Source of the DNA: an uncultured archaeon
GTDB taxonomy: Archaea > Asgardarchaeota > Lokiarchaeia > Sigyniarchaeales > SOKP01
NCBI GenBank assembly: GCA_964493715.1
Contig: CAZBPC010000002.1
Location: forward strand, 64,001-128,000
Direction: 5' to 3'
Length of the DNA: 64,000 nt
The number at the start of each line of letters is the position of its first letter. Within the stretch, counting starts at the first letter, position 1. This document shows positions 1 to 9,906 of this stretch, in pieces. The notes beneath the pieces were generated by a model. The model was not told the DNA's origin, made no database searches, and was given only the letters and a program-made list of their open reading frames with translations. The position numbers and the translations under genes were made by a program.

Positions 1-506
1 TTGGAACTAGTGCTAATATTCAAATCCTTACAAAATCAAAATTAGTAACCAGAGATATAGAGTTATTCAAAAAATTTGAAAACATAAAAGTTGGAATTTC
101 GATAAACACATCAAGCGATAATTTTGCCAGAATTATCGAACCCGCTGCGTCTAAACCTTCAGAAAGATTAAGTGCAATAGAGCAAATTTCTAGAGAAAAT
201 ATAGAGACTTATGTATTTGTGTCCCCCTTTTTTCCAGAAATTACTGATTTTAAAGCTATATTAGAAAAAGCTGAGAATTATACTAAGAATTTTATTTTTG
301 AAAATTTAAACTTTAGACCCCATAATGTTCCAAGAATTTATCAGATAATTGATAAGTATTATCCAACATTACTCCCTAAATATAAAAAAATTCGACAAGA
401 TCAGAGTTATTGGGACTTTGTTGAATTAGAAATTAAAGAATTCTGTGAAAGTAAACAACTTAATTATGAAATTGAATTTCATCATGGTGGATTTTCAAAA
501 AGCTGA
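1..506 (+). CDS. Radical SAM protein, spore photoproduct lyase-like family, 5'-truncated by window edge
   Basis: Frame of the 219..506 ORF is open back to position 3: ILTKSKLVTRDIELF...VGISINT...IEPAASKPSERL...YVFVSPFFPEITD, typical C-terminal half of SPL-like radical SAM proteins; CxxxCxxC motif lies outside the window. Confidence 0.7.
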   Translation, partial: GTSANIQILTKSKLVTRDIELFKKFENIKVGISINTSSDNFARIIEPAASKPSERLSAIEQISRENIETYVFVSPFFPEITDFKAILEKAENYTKNFIFENLNFRPHNVPRIYQIIDKYYPTLLPKYKKIRQDQSYWDFVELEIKEFCESKQLNYEIEFHHGGFSKS

Positions 507-858
507 GTTAATGTATTAATGTCATTATGAAATAATAAGAAAGAGAATTATTATGAACAAGATTCTTTTTTAAGGACCTCCTTCATTCCTTTATTTTTTC
601 AAATTAATAATTGTCACAATTTTTTGTACAAAAAGCAATGTATTGGAGAATTGAATCAAAATGTATGTATTATAAAAACAAAATATAAATTATTTGATTT
701 ATTACTTCTTTTTAACAGAATTAAAATACAAGAAAAAATTAACGCAAATAAAAATCTGTATTCAGAAGTGTTTAGGTTCTGATTAGAGTTTTGCGGTTTA
801 TACAATTCCATAATATTTGAGCTAACATCTGTTGTAATATAAAGAAGGTGCATGAGAA

Positions 859-1575
859 ATGTTCAGTCAACAAGGTCGTGGATATGATATGGCTATAACG
901 CAATTTTCGCCTGAAGGAAGATTATTTCAGGTAGAATATGCTATTGAAGCCGTTAGACGCGGTACTACTGCTATAGTTTGTACCAACAAGCATTCTGTTG
1001 TATTTGCAGTAGAAAAGAAAAGTTTAGAACTTCAAGAGGTTCGCGGTTCAGAGAAAATTTTTAAGATTGATGACCATATTGGTGTAGCTATTGCTGGACT
1101 CACGGCAGATGCCCGCGTGTTGGTTGACCGTGCAAGAGTTCAAGCACAAGTTAATTTATTAAATTATGATGAAAAAATTTCAGTAAAAGATTCAACCTTG
1201 AACATATGTGAATATCTTCAAATGTTTACCCAGAATGCTGGGGTTAGACCTTTTGGAGTAAGTCTTCTGGTTGCTGGAATTGATTCAGATGGAAGCACTT
1301 CCTTATACTTAACAGATCCAAGTGGAGCAATGTGGGGATATAAAGCTTTTGCGATAGGGGCAGGTGCAAATGAAGCAAGAGCATACCTTGAAGAGAATTA
1401 TAAAGAAGATATGAGTGATGAAGAATTAAAATTATTACCATTACGAACTTTAAAAGAATTAATGGGTGAAAATTTAACATCACGCACATGTGATGTAACT
1501 TATATTTTGAAAGATGATGTGAAGTTTAAATTATTGAGCGTTGAAGAAAAAGAAGAATTATTAGGTATGCTATAA
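859..1575 (+). CDS. psmA: Proteasome subunit alpha
   Basis: YDMAITQFSPEGRLFQVEYA N-terminal alpha signature; RPFGVSLLVAG; TDPSG. Confidence 0.97.
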   Translation: MFSQQGRGYDMAITQFSPEGRLFQVEYAIEAVRRGTTAIVCTNKHSVVFAVEKKSLELQEVRGSEKIFKIDDHIGVAIAGLTADARVLVDRARVQAQVNLLNYDEKISVKDSTLNICEYLQMFTQNAGVRPFGVSLLVAGIDSDGSTSLYLTDPSGAMWGYKAFAIGAGANEARAYLEENYKEDMSDEELKLLPLRTLKELMGENLTSRTCDVTYILKDDVKFKLLSVEEKEELLGML

Positions 1576-1669
1576 TATAGAAACATCCTCAAGGTAACCC
1601 TTTATAATTATAATCAATAACATAGACAAAGAATAGACGAGATAAAAATTTATAATTAAAGAGCAATAT

Positions 1670-2473
1670 TTGATAAAGCGTATGATTGATAGAGCAAGAA
1701 TTGATTTAGGTGGATATATCATTGGACGCATCGAAAAAGAAGGAAGGACTTTTGAAATGTTATTAGACCAAGAAAAAGCATGGGATGCAAAAAAAATCAT
1801 ACGAGATGAAATAAGCAATAACCTAAAAAGTGGAAGTGATAAATCTCGTCTTTCCGTTCAAGATATATTAAACGACCCTAGAATTTCCGTAGATCTCATT
1901 TTTGAAAGTTTTTCGGTTTTTGAAGATCTTAAAAGAGGAAAAAAAGCTACTGATGGTGATATGGAGGCAGTTTTTAACTCTACTGAGGGCAGGACGATTG
2001 CTGCTCATATTTTATTAGATGGAGAGATTCATTGGACTAAGACACAGAGAGAAGAAGAAAGAGAGAAAAAACTAAAGCAAATAATTACGATTATAAGCAA
2101 GAATGCGATAAATCCACAGAATAAAAAACCCCATCCATATCAGAGAATTGAAAAAGCTATAGAAGAAGCAAAAGTTAAAATCTCTTTGATGAAAAATGCT
2201 GAGGAACAAGTTGAAGATGTTGTAAAAAGTCTACAATCTATTATCCCAATTCGAATGGAACAAGTAGAGATTGCACTTAAAATTCCATCATCATTTACCG
2301 CAAAAGGATATAATGTTGTTGCTCAAATGGCTCAAATTAAAAAAGAAGAATGGCAAGCTGACGGATCATGGGTATCTGTAATTAACATTCCTGCAGGTCT
2401 TCAAATGGAATTGATTGATAAACTGAATAAGCTCACACATGGAAGAGTTCAAACAAAACTCTTAAAATCCTAA
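1670..2473 (+). CDS. sdo1: Ribosome maturation protein SBDS/Sdo1
   Basis: NPQNKKPHPYQRIEKAIEEA, EEWQADGSW motifs; canonical position after psmA; start TTG 1670 or ATG 1682. Confidence 0.95.
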   Translation: MIKRMIDRARIDLGGYIIGRIEKEGRTFEMLLDQEKAWDAKKIIRDEISNNLKSGSDKSRLSVQDILNDPRISVDLIFESFSVFEDLKRGKKATDGDMEAVFNSTEGRTIAAHILLDGEIHWTKTQREEEREKKLKQIITIISKNAINPQNKKPHPYQRIEKAIEEAKVKISLMKNAEEQVEDVVKSLQSIIPIRMEQVEIALKIPSSFTAKGYNVVAQMAQIKKEEWQADGSWVSVINIPAGLQMELIDKLNKLTHGRVQTKLLKS

Positions 2474-2558
2474 ACTTTCGTAGTTTAACTAATTTTTTTA
2501 GCGCTATATTTTTTCATTTAGACAAAAGAAAAAACGTAAAGAGTGTGAAATTATACAA

Positions 2559-3389
2559 ATGAGTTTTAAAGATGAAGAACAAAGACTTAAAGATGATAAT
2601 CAAGAAGAAGAGGCGGTAAATACTGAAGAAGATTCTGATCCTGATGAATTTGAGGATGAGGAAACCACTCGTAATTTAGTTGTACCAGGTGAAATCCTTA
2701 CTACAGATACAAAAACTTACTTACCCGGAAGAGGAACAATACTTAGTCAGGATCGCTCTAAAATAATATCACTTAATATTGGATTAAAACAAACAAAAAA
2801 GAATTACATCAACGTTATCCCTCTAAGAGGATTCTATACTCCACGTCCCGGAGATAAAGTATTAGCATTGGTAATTGATAAAAATCCTGTAAAATATAGG
2901 TGTGATATTAACGCTAAAGATGATGCTATTCTTAAACCTAAAAATACAATGAAACGGGGGAGAATATCCAGAGGAATGAGAGGAGGTCCTCCAGATCGTG
3001 ATAATTCAAATGCTGAAATGTATGATATTGGGGACATATTGATTGCCAAGATAGTCTCTGCAGATAGATTAAATGCCCCTGAATTAACTACCGTTGGTAA
3101 GTATTTAGGAAAAAAGAATAATGGGATTGTTATATCAATTGATCCCCCAAAAATTCCTCGTGTTATAGGAAGAGACGGATCTATGATTAAAAATTTAAAA
3201 AATTTAACTAAAAGCACAATTTTCGTAACACAAAATGGGCGTATCTGGTTAAAAGGTGAAGATATTGCTCACGAGCGATTATTAATTGATGCAATAAGAA
3301 AAATCGAACGAGAAGCCCATACAGTTGGATTAACAGATAGAATGGTAGATTATATTGAAAATGAAAAAAAAAAGAGAGGTTTGAAATAA
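2559..3389 (+). CDS. rrp4: Exosome RNA-binding subunit Rrp4 (S1+KH), acidic N-terminal extension
   Basis: LVVPGEIL, YTPRPGDKV, KIPRVIGRDGSMI, VTQNGRIW; operon context. Confidence 0.93.
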   Translation: MSFKDEEQRLKDDNQEEEAVNTEEDSDPDEFEDEETTRNLVVPGEILTTDTKTYLPGRGTILSQDRSKIISLNIGLKQTKKNYINVIPLRGFYTPRPGDKVLALVIDKNPVKYRCDINAKDDAILKPKNTMKRGRISRGMRGGPPDRDNSNAEMYDIGDILIAKIVSADRLNAPELTTVGKYLGKKNNGIVISIDPPKIPRVIGRDGSMIKNLKNLTKSTIFVTQNGRIWLKGEDIAHERLLIDAIRKIEREAHTVGLTDRMVDYIENEKKKRGLK

Positions 3390-4151
3390 ATGCCGTTAGT
3401 AATTAATGATGAATATCCTGAAAAGTTATTTCGTGATGATGGAAAAAGGTTAGATGGGCGAGATAAGACTGAATTAAGACCGATTAAAATGGAAGTAGGC
3501 GTTATAGAGAATGCAGATGGTTCTGCTTATTTGGAATGGGGAAATAATAAGATTTATGCAGCTGTATATGGTCCACGAGAAGTACACCCGCATCATTTAG
3601 CCAAACCTGATAGTGGAATTTTACGCGTCTTTTATAGAATGACAACATACTCCGTATTCGAGAGAAAGCGACCTGCTCCAGGTCGTAGAGAAAAAGAGAT
3701 TTCTATGGTGATAACTGATTGCTTGAAACCACTTTTATTTCTAGAATTATATCCCGGCACATCTTTCGAAGTTTTTATTGAAGTTATGGATGCTGACGGT
3801 GGAACAAGATGTGCAGCAACTACAGTAGCAGCTCTAGCTTTAGCAGATGCAGGAATTCCGATGAAAAGTTTGGTGACAGCAGTAGCTGTTGGAAAGATTG
3901 ATAACGAATTAGTCGTGGATCTATCAGGTATCGAAGATAAAGCAGGACAAGCGGATTTGCCATGTGCTATAACATGGTTTAATGAAGAATTATCTTTATT
4001 ACAGTTTGATGGAGATATGAATCTTGAAGAAATGGAAGAATTTCTGTCATTAGCAAAATCTGCCTTATCAGATATATACGAAATACAATTAGCCGCCTTG
4101 AAAAAGAAATACATTGACATTCAAGAAGAAGTTAGTGGAGGTAATAGTTAA
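3390..4151 (+). CDS. rrp41: Exosome catalytic subunit Rrp41
   Basis: RLDGR..ELRPIK, ADGSAYLEWG, GPREVHP, DADGGTRCA RNase PH motifs. Confidence 0.96.
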   Translation: MPLVINDEYPEKLFRDDGKRLDGRDKTELRPIKMEVGVIENADGSAYLEWGNNKIYAAVYGPREVHPHHLAKPDSGILRVFYRMTTYSVFERKRPAPGRREKEISMVITDCLKPLLFLELYPGTSFEVFIEVMDADGGTRCAATTVAALALADAGIPMKSLVTAVAVGKIDNELVVDLSGIEDKAGQADLPCAITWFNEELSLLQFDGDMNLEEMEEFLSLAKSALSDIYEIQLAALKKKYIDIQEEVSGGNS

Positions 4152-4152
4152 A

Positions 4153-4980
4153 ATGATGAATATAAAGCGCGTCATTTCTGCAATAGAAAAGAATTACATA
4201 ATTCAAAATCTTAGAAAAGAAGAACGGTTTGATGATCGAGGTCTATGGGATTACCGAAAAATTTCTATTAAGCACGATGTCATTGCTTCAGCTGAGGGAT
4301 CTGCTGATGTGTCTTTAGGTAAAACAAGAATAGTCACTGGATTAAAATATGAAGTCGGGGAACCCTTTCCAGATATGCCTAATGAGGGTGTATGTACAGT
4401 TATGGCGGAGTTGTTGCCTATAGCATCCCCACTCTTTGAAAGAGGTCCGCCTGATGAACAATCTATTGAATTAGCACGCGTAGTCGACCGAGGAATCAGA
4501 CATGCTGATTGTGTTCAAACTAAGAAATTATGCATAGAACCTAATAAAGCAGTTTACATTCTCTTTGTTGATATGTATGTGTTGAATTATGCGGGAAATT
4601 TAATTGATGCAGGAGGAATAAGTGCGTTAACCTCATTGATATCGAGCCATATTCCAGAAGGTAAAATGGAAGAGGGAAAACTCGTGTGGACTGGGAAATA
4701 TTTAGATGGAGAATATATTGTAAAGGAACTTCCTTTAGTTTTAACTTACGGTAAGATTGATAATATGATCTTTCTGGATCCTAGTTTACCCGAAGAATTA
4801 ATCTGCGACGGAAAAATCTCAATATCTGTAACAGAAGATAAAATCACTTCTATTCAAAAAAGTGGTGAAGCAACATTTTCCTTTGATGAAATAAAAATGT
4901 TAATCAAAAAGTCGATGGAAATAGGTAAAAAATTGCGGAAAGATTTGAACTTTTGGCAATACAAAGTAAATTATGAATAA
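4153..4980 (+). CDS. rrp42: Exosome subunit Rrp42
   Basis: RFDDRGLWDYR, AEGSA, GPPDEQSIELARVVDRGIR; ATG 4153 after GGAGGT chosen over track start 4114. Confidence 0.95.
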   Translation: MMNIKRVISAIEKNYIIQNLRKEERFDDRGLWDYRKISIKHDVIASAEGSADVSLGKTRIVTGLKYEVGEPFPDMPNEGVCTVMAELLPIASPLFERGPPDEQSIELARVVDRGIRHADCVQTKKLCIEPNKAVYILFVDMYVLNYAGNLIDAGGISALTSLISSHIPEGKMEEGKLVWTGKYLDGEYIVKELPLVLTYGKIDNMIFLDPSLPEELICDGKISISVTEDKITSIQKSGEATFSFDEIKMLIKKSMEIGKKLRKDLNFWQYKVNYE

Positions 4981-5008
4981 TTTTTTTTTCTGTTTTTTGA
5001 TCTTTTTT

Positions 5009-5980
5009 TTAATTTCTAACTTTCCTTAAAGTCTCAAAAGTTCCGTATCCTCCTTTAATTCCATCTAATTCAAATTTTCCAAATGCTTGGACTAATATTG
5101 ATTTATTTCCCTCTTCATCTTTAAATGGTACTGGAATTATAGGTCCGACCTGGGCTTTTAAGTTATGCTCTTCTCCCAGATTATCAATTATATGTAGTTC
5201 AGAACTAATGGGATAAACGCCTTGTTCATCATATTCTTGTTTTATGATGTTAATAGAACGTAATGGAATATTTTTACCATCCTTGAATAAAAATCCACCA
5301 ATAGATAATCTTTCATCATCAGTAACAATTGCAGCTGGATTAATCGTTAAGTTTTCATTAAACCATACAACATAATATAACCAATCCCCCACTCCTGTCC
5401 AATCACGCACTCCATAAGTATGATCCCTCTGACCTATTACTGAATTTACAATGTAATCCTCTTTTCCAATACTAATTTTACCTTTTACTCTTCCTATTTG
5501 TTCCCAATGCTTGTCTCCCGATTTCTTCCCAATTTCTAAAGATTCCGGTGTCATGTATTCACTATATTCGTAAATTTCATTTAGAGGGTTAAAAGTTAGG
5601 TCCATCAATACTTTATTTGATTTGAGAATTAATTTGGGATTCGCTCGGACTTTAGGTAAATTTAAAGGATCAGCAACAAATATCATTGTTCCTTTAAAGA
5701 GGTATTTCCAAGACTCATCATCTTGCCAATTATGGGACATCCCCCCTACGTGTAAATTTTCAGAAAAATTTTTTAGTTTAATCTCTTTATGATATCCTGC
5801 TGCAGATCCATCAGCTAAGAACAGAAAAAAAAAAGTCATTCCCTCACTCTTATTTGGCTTAAAACCAATTCTAGACATTCCTCCTATATTATTGGTTTTA
5901 TCGAAAAAAACAAAATAATAACTTTCATTCCATTCAGGATGATCAGTTAATTTACCTTTATGTATGATTTTTTCCATCAA
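5009..5980 (-). CDS. Uncharacterised protein, possible lipocalin/tocopherol-cyclase-like beta-barrel family
   Basis: 323 aa ORF with WNESYYFVFFD, HWEQIGRV and GQRDHTYGVRDW motifs; fold assignment is inference. Confidence 0.55.
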   Translation of the reverse strand: MMEKIIHKGKLTDHPEWNESYYFVFFDKTNNIGGMSRIGFKPNKSEGMTFFFLFLADGSAAGYHKEIKLKNFSENLHVGGMSHNWQDDESWKYLFKGTMIFVADPLNLPKVRANPKLILKSNKVLMDLTFNPLNEIYEYSEYMTPESLEIGKKSGDKHWEQIGRVKGKISIGKEDYIVNSVIGQRDHTYGVRDWTGVGDWLYYVVWFNENLTINPAAIVTDDERLSIGGFLFKDGKNIPLRSINIIKQEYDEQGVYPISSELHIIDNLGEEHNLKAQVGPIIPVPFKDEEGNKSILVQAFGKFELDGIKGGYGTFETLRKVRN

Positions 5981-5993
5981 AATCTCTCAATTT

Positions 5994-8690
5994 TCAATTT
6001 AATATTACTTCTCCATTATATCCATTCAATGTAATTACTTGTCCATTTTTAATTAGCTTTCTGGCATTTGTGATATTAGTCACTGCAGGAATACCATATT
6101 CTCTTGACACGACAGCACCGTGTGAGAGAATTCCTCCAGTTTCAGTAATTAATCCTCCAATCTTTGAAAAGATAGGTGTCCAGCCTGGATCTGTTCTTGG
6201 AACTACGAGTATTTCCCCTGAATGAACACTTAAGATTTCATTGACATCATTCAATATGCGTACAGGAGCAGTTATTATTCCATGACTTGCTGGTATCCCC
6301 CTTAATATCTCACTATCTCCACTGAATGGGAATACATCATCATATTCTCTTGAACCTAAAAGGAATTTAGGAGGAATTAGATTTTCATACCTCTTGAATT
6401 CTTCCAATCTCATTTTGATCATTTTCTTTAGATTATTAATTTCGGAAAAATTGTATTTATTATTTATAAGAATCTCTAATTCGAGTCTATGAAAGAAAAA
6501 TATTTCCTTTTCTTCATTTAGTATTTCTTTATCAACTAATATTTTAGCGATCTCCAAAAAAACACTCCTATTTCGGGTAATCCACTTATCAAGGTTAAAT
6601 CGTTGATTTTCTCTAAATATGATATACTTGCGACTATTCTTCAAAATTGTAGAGAATAATTTCCATTTAATAAGACCAAATTTTTGATTTTTAACTTTAG
6701 TCTCAACCAGACTTTGAATTATCATTCTCTGTTTTTCATCATTTAATTCCGATTTATCAGAGAAGCTAAAATTATCTCTAACCAAAGATTTACAAATATC
6801 CAACACCAAATAAGGAGATTCTCTCCATCGAGGGTAATAAATCTCTCTAGTATAACCTCTATCACCATATTCCTCAAGAAAAATGTTCAATGTCTTCAAA
6901 AAATCTTGAGTGATTTTACTAGAATCAGATTTTAAAATGCTATAGATGTTTCGTGAATCATTATTTAAAAAAATATTTCTGAGATATTCAGATTCTTGAA
7001 TAATAGATGCCATTTTATATATGCTTTCATTTGTTAAAGTTAATTTATGTTCGAGGCCAGAAATTAAGATTGGGAAGGTCTTTTGGCACTCTTCTTTACC
7101 TAAGAATCGATTAAGGAGATATTGAGTCAATAAATTCATGCCGATATTATGTACTGGTATACCATACCTAACTAATCTAAAATGTGCAATCATTATTTCA
7201 TCCAATTCGTCTATTAAATGCAGCAGATTAAGTTCATCACTTGTTTTTATGATATTTTCCATTTTAATATCAAATAATTTTAAATAAGGATCAAATACTT
7301 CATTTGTCCAATTTTCATATACTTCTGCAGTTCGTGACATTGCTCCATCAGGATCATGAAATTTTACTCTTAATTGAGCAATTAAATAACTTTTAAGATG
7401 GAAGGGAAGCTTCTTAATGGTTTCCTTTCCAAATGGACCAGACCCATCGGGAAAATAATTCAAAACATCTTCAAATCGCATAAAAGTAGGGATTTCATAT
7501 TCTACTTTGCTTTTCAATACGTTCAAATTAAAGTACACATGACTCTTGAATAATTTGAGCAGTCGAAAATCCATCTTTCGATAACCCATAATGCTATTTA
7601 ATTCTACGTTTACTATGTTCGTAAGATGATTTCCTAATAGATCAAAAAATAAAGGAGAAGTATTATCATTCCAATAATCATCCGAATAACCTCTACTCCA
7701 TAAAATTTCTTCAGTATCAATTTTATGCCTCAAAGAAGTAATTGGTCTAGATTGCACAATATTTATTCTTGAATGATTGTCTATAACCCATTCTATATCT
7801 TGAGGATTCCCTCCAAACGCTTCTTCTAAATCAATTCCTATTCTTACTAATTTAATTATTGTTTGGTCTGAAAGAGAAACTCTATTCCTTTCAAAATCAG
7901 ATACTTCATTAAATTCTACACCTATTTCATTGGATTTTGGATTAGCCACAAGATTTTTGAAGCCAATTTTTTTGTTTAGAATTTTAAAACCTTTTATTTT
8001 ACCTAATCTCTTAATTAGGAATTGATCTGGACTAACTCGTCCAGAAACAATAGATTCTCCTAACCCAAAATTTGATTCAATAACTAATTCAGATTTTTCT
8101 GACGTTAGAGGATTAGCTGTAAATAAAATCCCAGAACTATTTGCTTGAACCATTTTTTGAATAATTACAGCGATCTCTGGTTCTTCATGAGTTAAATTAT
8201 TATTAAATCGATAATTGAGAGCACGTTCACTCCAAAGTGAAGCAAAACATTTTTTAATATGAAAAAAAATTTGTTCCATTCCTTTAATGTTAAGATATGT
8301 ATCATATTGACCCGCGAAAGAAGTATTCGGTAGATCTTCTAATGTTCCAGATGAACGGATAGCAAGAGGCTCATTATTAAAGAGATCTAAATTTGTTTTA
8401 ATTTGTTCTACTAAGCGATCTTGTAATTTACCATTCTCAATTGCAGCAATAATCTTGCTTGATAGATTTTTTATTGATTGGGAATTTTTTCCATCAAATG
8501 AATTCAAATTTTGATCAATCAATTCAGTTAGGTTATTAAATTCAATAAAATCTTTATAAGCTTTTATAGTCAAAACAAAACCATCTGGAATTGGAAAATC
8601 CTTTTGATTTAAAAAAATAAGATTAGCTGCTTTTGTTCCAACTATATTTGCTGATACTTTATCTTTCGATGATAAGCTTATCGTATACAT
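5994..8690 (-). CDS. PEP synthase / rifampicin-phosphotransferase-like enzyme (ATP-grasp N domain, large central domain, C-terminal phosphohistidine swivel domain)
   Basis: VGTKAANL, AIRSSGTLEDLPNTSFAGQYDT, QDIEW, VQSRPIT; C-terminal TDPGWTP...GGILSHGAVVSREYGIPAV. Confidence 0.88.
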   Translation of the reverse strand: MYTISLSSKDKVSANIVGTKAANLIFLNQKDFPIPDGFVLTIKAYKDFIEFNNLTELIDQNLNSFDGKNSQSIKNLSSKIIAAIENGKLQDRLVEQIKTNLDLFNNEPLAIRSSGTLEDLPNTSFAGQYDTYLNIKGMEQIFFHIKKCFASLWSERALNYRFNNNLTHEEPEIAVIIQKMVQANSSGILFTANPLTSEKSELVIESNFGLGESIVSGRVSPDQFLIKRLGKIKGFKILNKKIGFKNLVANPKSNEIGVEFNEVSDFERNRVSLSDQTIIKLVRIGIDLEEAFGGNPQDIEWVIDNHSRINIVQSRPITSLRHKIDTEEILWSRGYSDDYWNDNTSPLFFDLLGNHLTNIVNVELNSIMGYRKMDFRLLKLFKSHVYFNLNVLKSKVEYEIPTFMRFEDVLNYFPDGSGPFGKETIKKLPFHLKSYLIAQLRVKFHDPDGAMSRTAEVYENWTNEVFDPYLKLFDIKMENIIKTSDELNLLHLIDELDEIMIAHFRLVRYGIPVHNIGMNLLTQYLLNRFLGKEECQKTFPILISGLEHKLTLTNESIYKMASIIQESEYLRNIFLNNDSRNIYSILKSDSSKITQDFLKTLNIFLEEYGDRGYTREIYYPRWRESPYLVLDICKSLVRDNFSFSDKSELNDEKQRMIIQSLVETKVKNQKFGLIKWKLFSTILKNSRKYIIFRENQRFNLDKWITRNRSVFLEIAKILVDKEILNEEKEIFFFHRLELEILINNKYNFSEINNLKKMIKMRLEEFKRYENLIPPKFLLGSREYDDVFPFSGDSEILRGIPASHGIITAPVRILNDVNEILSVHSGEILVVPRTDPGWTPIFSKIGGLITETGGILSHGAVVSREYGIPAVTNITNARKLIKNGQVITLNGYNGEVILN

Positions 8691-8914
8691 TTTTTACAAT
8701 CAACATTTTGTAGTTTAGGAAAACTCATTCTATTATCCCAATAAACAGTTTTAATCTCCCCTTCCTTAAAACTCTTTATATATTGACTTCAAGATGGTTA
8801 GGAATTGTCCAAATGAATATTGGTTAAAGAAATAGAAAAATTAATTTATCAATAAATATTTGAAGTATTAATATTGAATTTGTAATATTTTTAATTAAAA
8901 ACTAATGTGATTAT

Positions 8915-9202
8915 ATGCCAAAAAAGAAAGTAACTATAGACGGTCGTTTTGGACCTCGCTACGGTGCAAATGTTAGGAAAAAATGGCGCTTGGTGATGGA
9001 AAAAGAAAAAAGCGGCAAAATTTCTTGTCCTAAATGCGAAACTATTGGATCTATTAATAGAATTTCAACAGGAATTTGGCATTGTCGAAAGTGTGGAGCA
9101 AAATTCACAGGAGGCGCCTATTATACAGAAACCCCTCGTGGAGCCGAATCCTATAGGATTTCAAAACGTAAGCAACGAGAAATAGAAGCTATTGAGGAAT
9201 AA
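8915..9202 (+). CDS. rpl37ae: 50S ribosomal protein eL43 (L37ae)
   Basis: GRFGPRYGA, CPKC...GIWHCRKCGAKFTGGAY. Confidence 0.96.
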   Translation: MPKKKVTIDGRFGPRYGANVRKKWRLVMEKEKSGKISCPKCETIGSINRISTGIWHCRKCGAKFTGGAYYTETPRGAESYRISKRKQREIEAIEE

Positions 9203-9462
9203 TGGAAAATCAAAAAATTTTTTCCATTGAATCACAAGTAGTTTTAAAATTTTCTAATTCTGATTTATGCAATATAGCTTATCAATCGTTTTTACCAGAT
9301 TTCAACACAAAAGTATCCTCACGTTCAAAAATAACAATGGATAAAAAAAATTCCTCAATGATCTTTAAGATTAATAGTGTTGATATCACTGCTTTTAGAG
9401 CCTCAATTAATGAAATAATAAATTTGGGTCGGATTATTTTAGAAATTTATGATATAATGTAA
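9202..9462 (+). CDS. pcc1: KEOPS subunit Pcc1
   Basis: SRSKI...DITAFRASIN motif, 86 aa, canonical position between rpl37ae and pfdB. Confidence 0.85.
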   Translation: MENQKIFSIESQVVLKFSNSDLCNIAYQSFLPDFNTKVSSRSKITMDKKNSSMIFKINSVDITAFRASINEIINLGRIILEIYDIM

Positions 9463-9536
9463 TACTTTTTAAAGTAGTAAATTTCATATTATTATTTACA
9501 TTTTTTCATTCATAATAACTATAAGTGATATCTTAC

Positions 9537-9893
9537 ATGACTATAAATTTAGACCAATTAGATGAGGCCACTAAGAAAAAAATACAAGATCTAAACAATC
9601 TCAGTCGGAATTTGGAAATTTTAACTCAACAAAATTTGCAGATCGAAAACTCGATGAGTGAAGCTTCCCTCGCAATTGAGGAGTTAGAAAAAGCAGACCC
9701 TAATACCATTGTATATAAAAATATTGGTGGAATTATGGTGAAAAGTGAAAGAAACAAGCTACTTGATGAAAAAAAATCACTAAAAATAACACTTGAAATG
9801 AGATCTAAAACGCTTGCTCAAAATATCAATAGAACCAAAAGTAATTTGGAAACTATGCAAAAATCTCTTCAAAACGATCTACAAATTAATTAA
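9537..9893 (+). CDS. pfdB: Prefoldin beta subunit
   Basis: Coiled coils flanking AIEELEK...VYKNIGGIMVK; operon context. Confidence 0.92.
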   Translation: MTINLDQLDEATKKKIQDLNNLSRNLEILTQQNLQIENSMSEASLAIEELEKADPNTIVYKNIGGIMVKSERNKLLDEKKSLKITLEMRSKTLAQNINRTKSNLETMQKSLQNDLQIN

Positions 9894-9906
9894 CACTGTT
9901 TAGTAT

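Noticed and set aside
656-853. Short minus-strand ORF and the many antisense/overlapping ORFs in the track (e.g. 2834-3217, 3632-4120, 12720-13202, 32857-33240)
   Set aside because: No motifs; most are shadows of well-supported genes on the opposite strand.
1794-1858. Possible BHB intron in SBDS (ACGAGAT/ATCTCGT stem)
   Set aside because: Central helix has a T-C mismatch and the predicted excision (56 nt) would break an intact frame.
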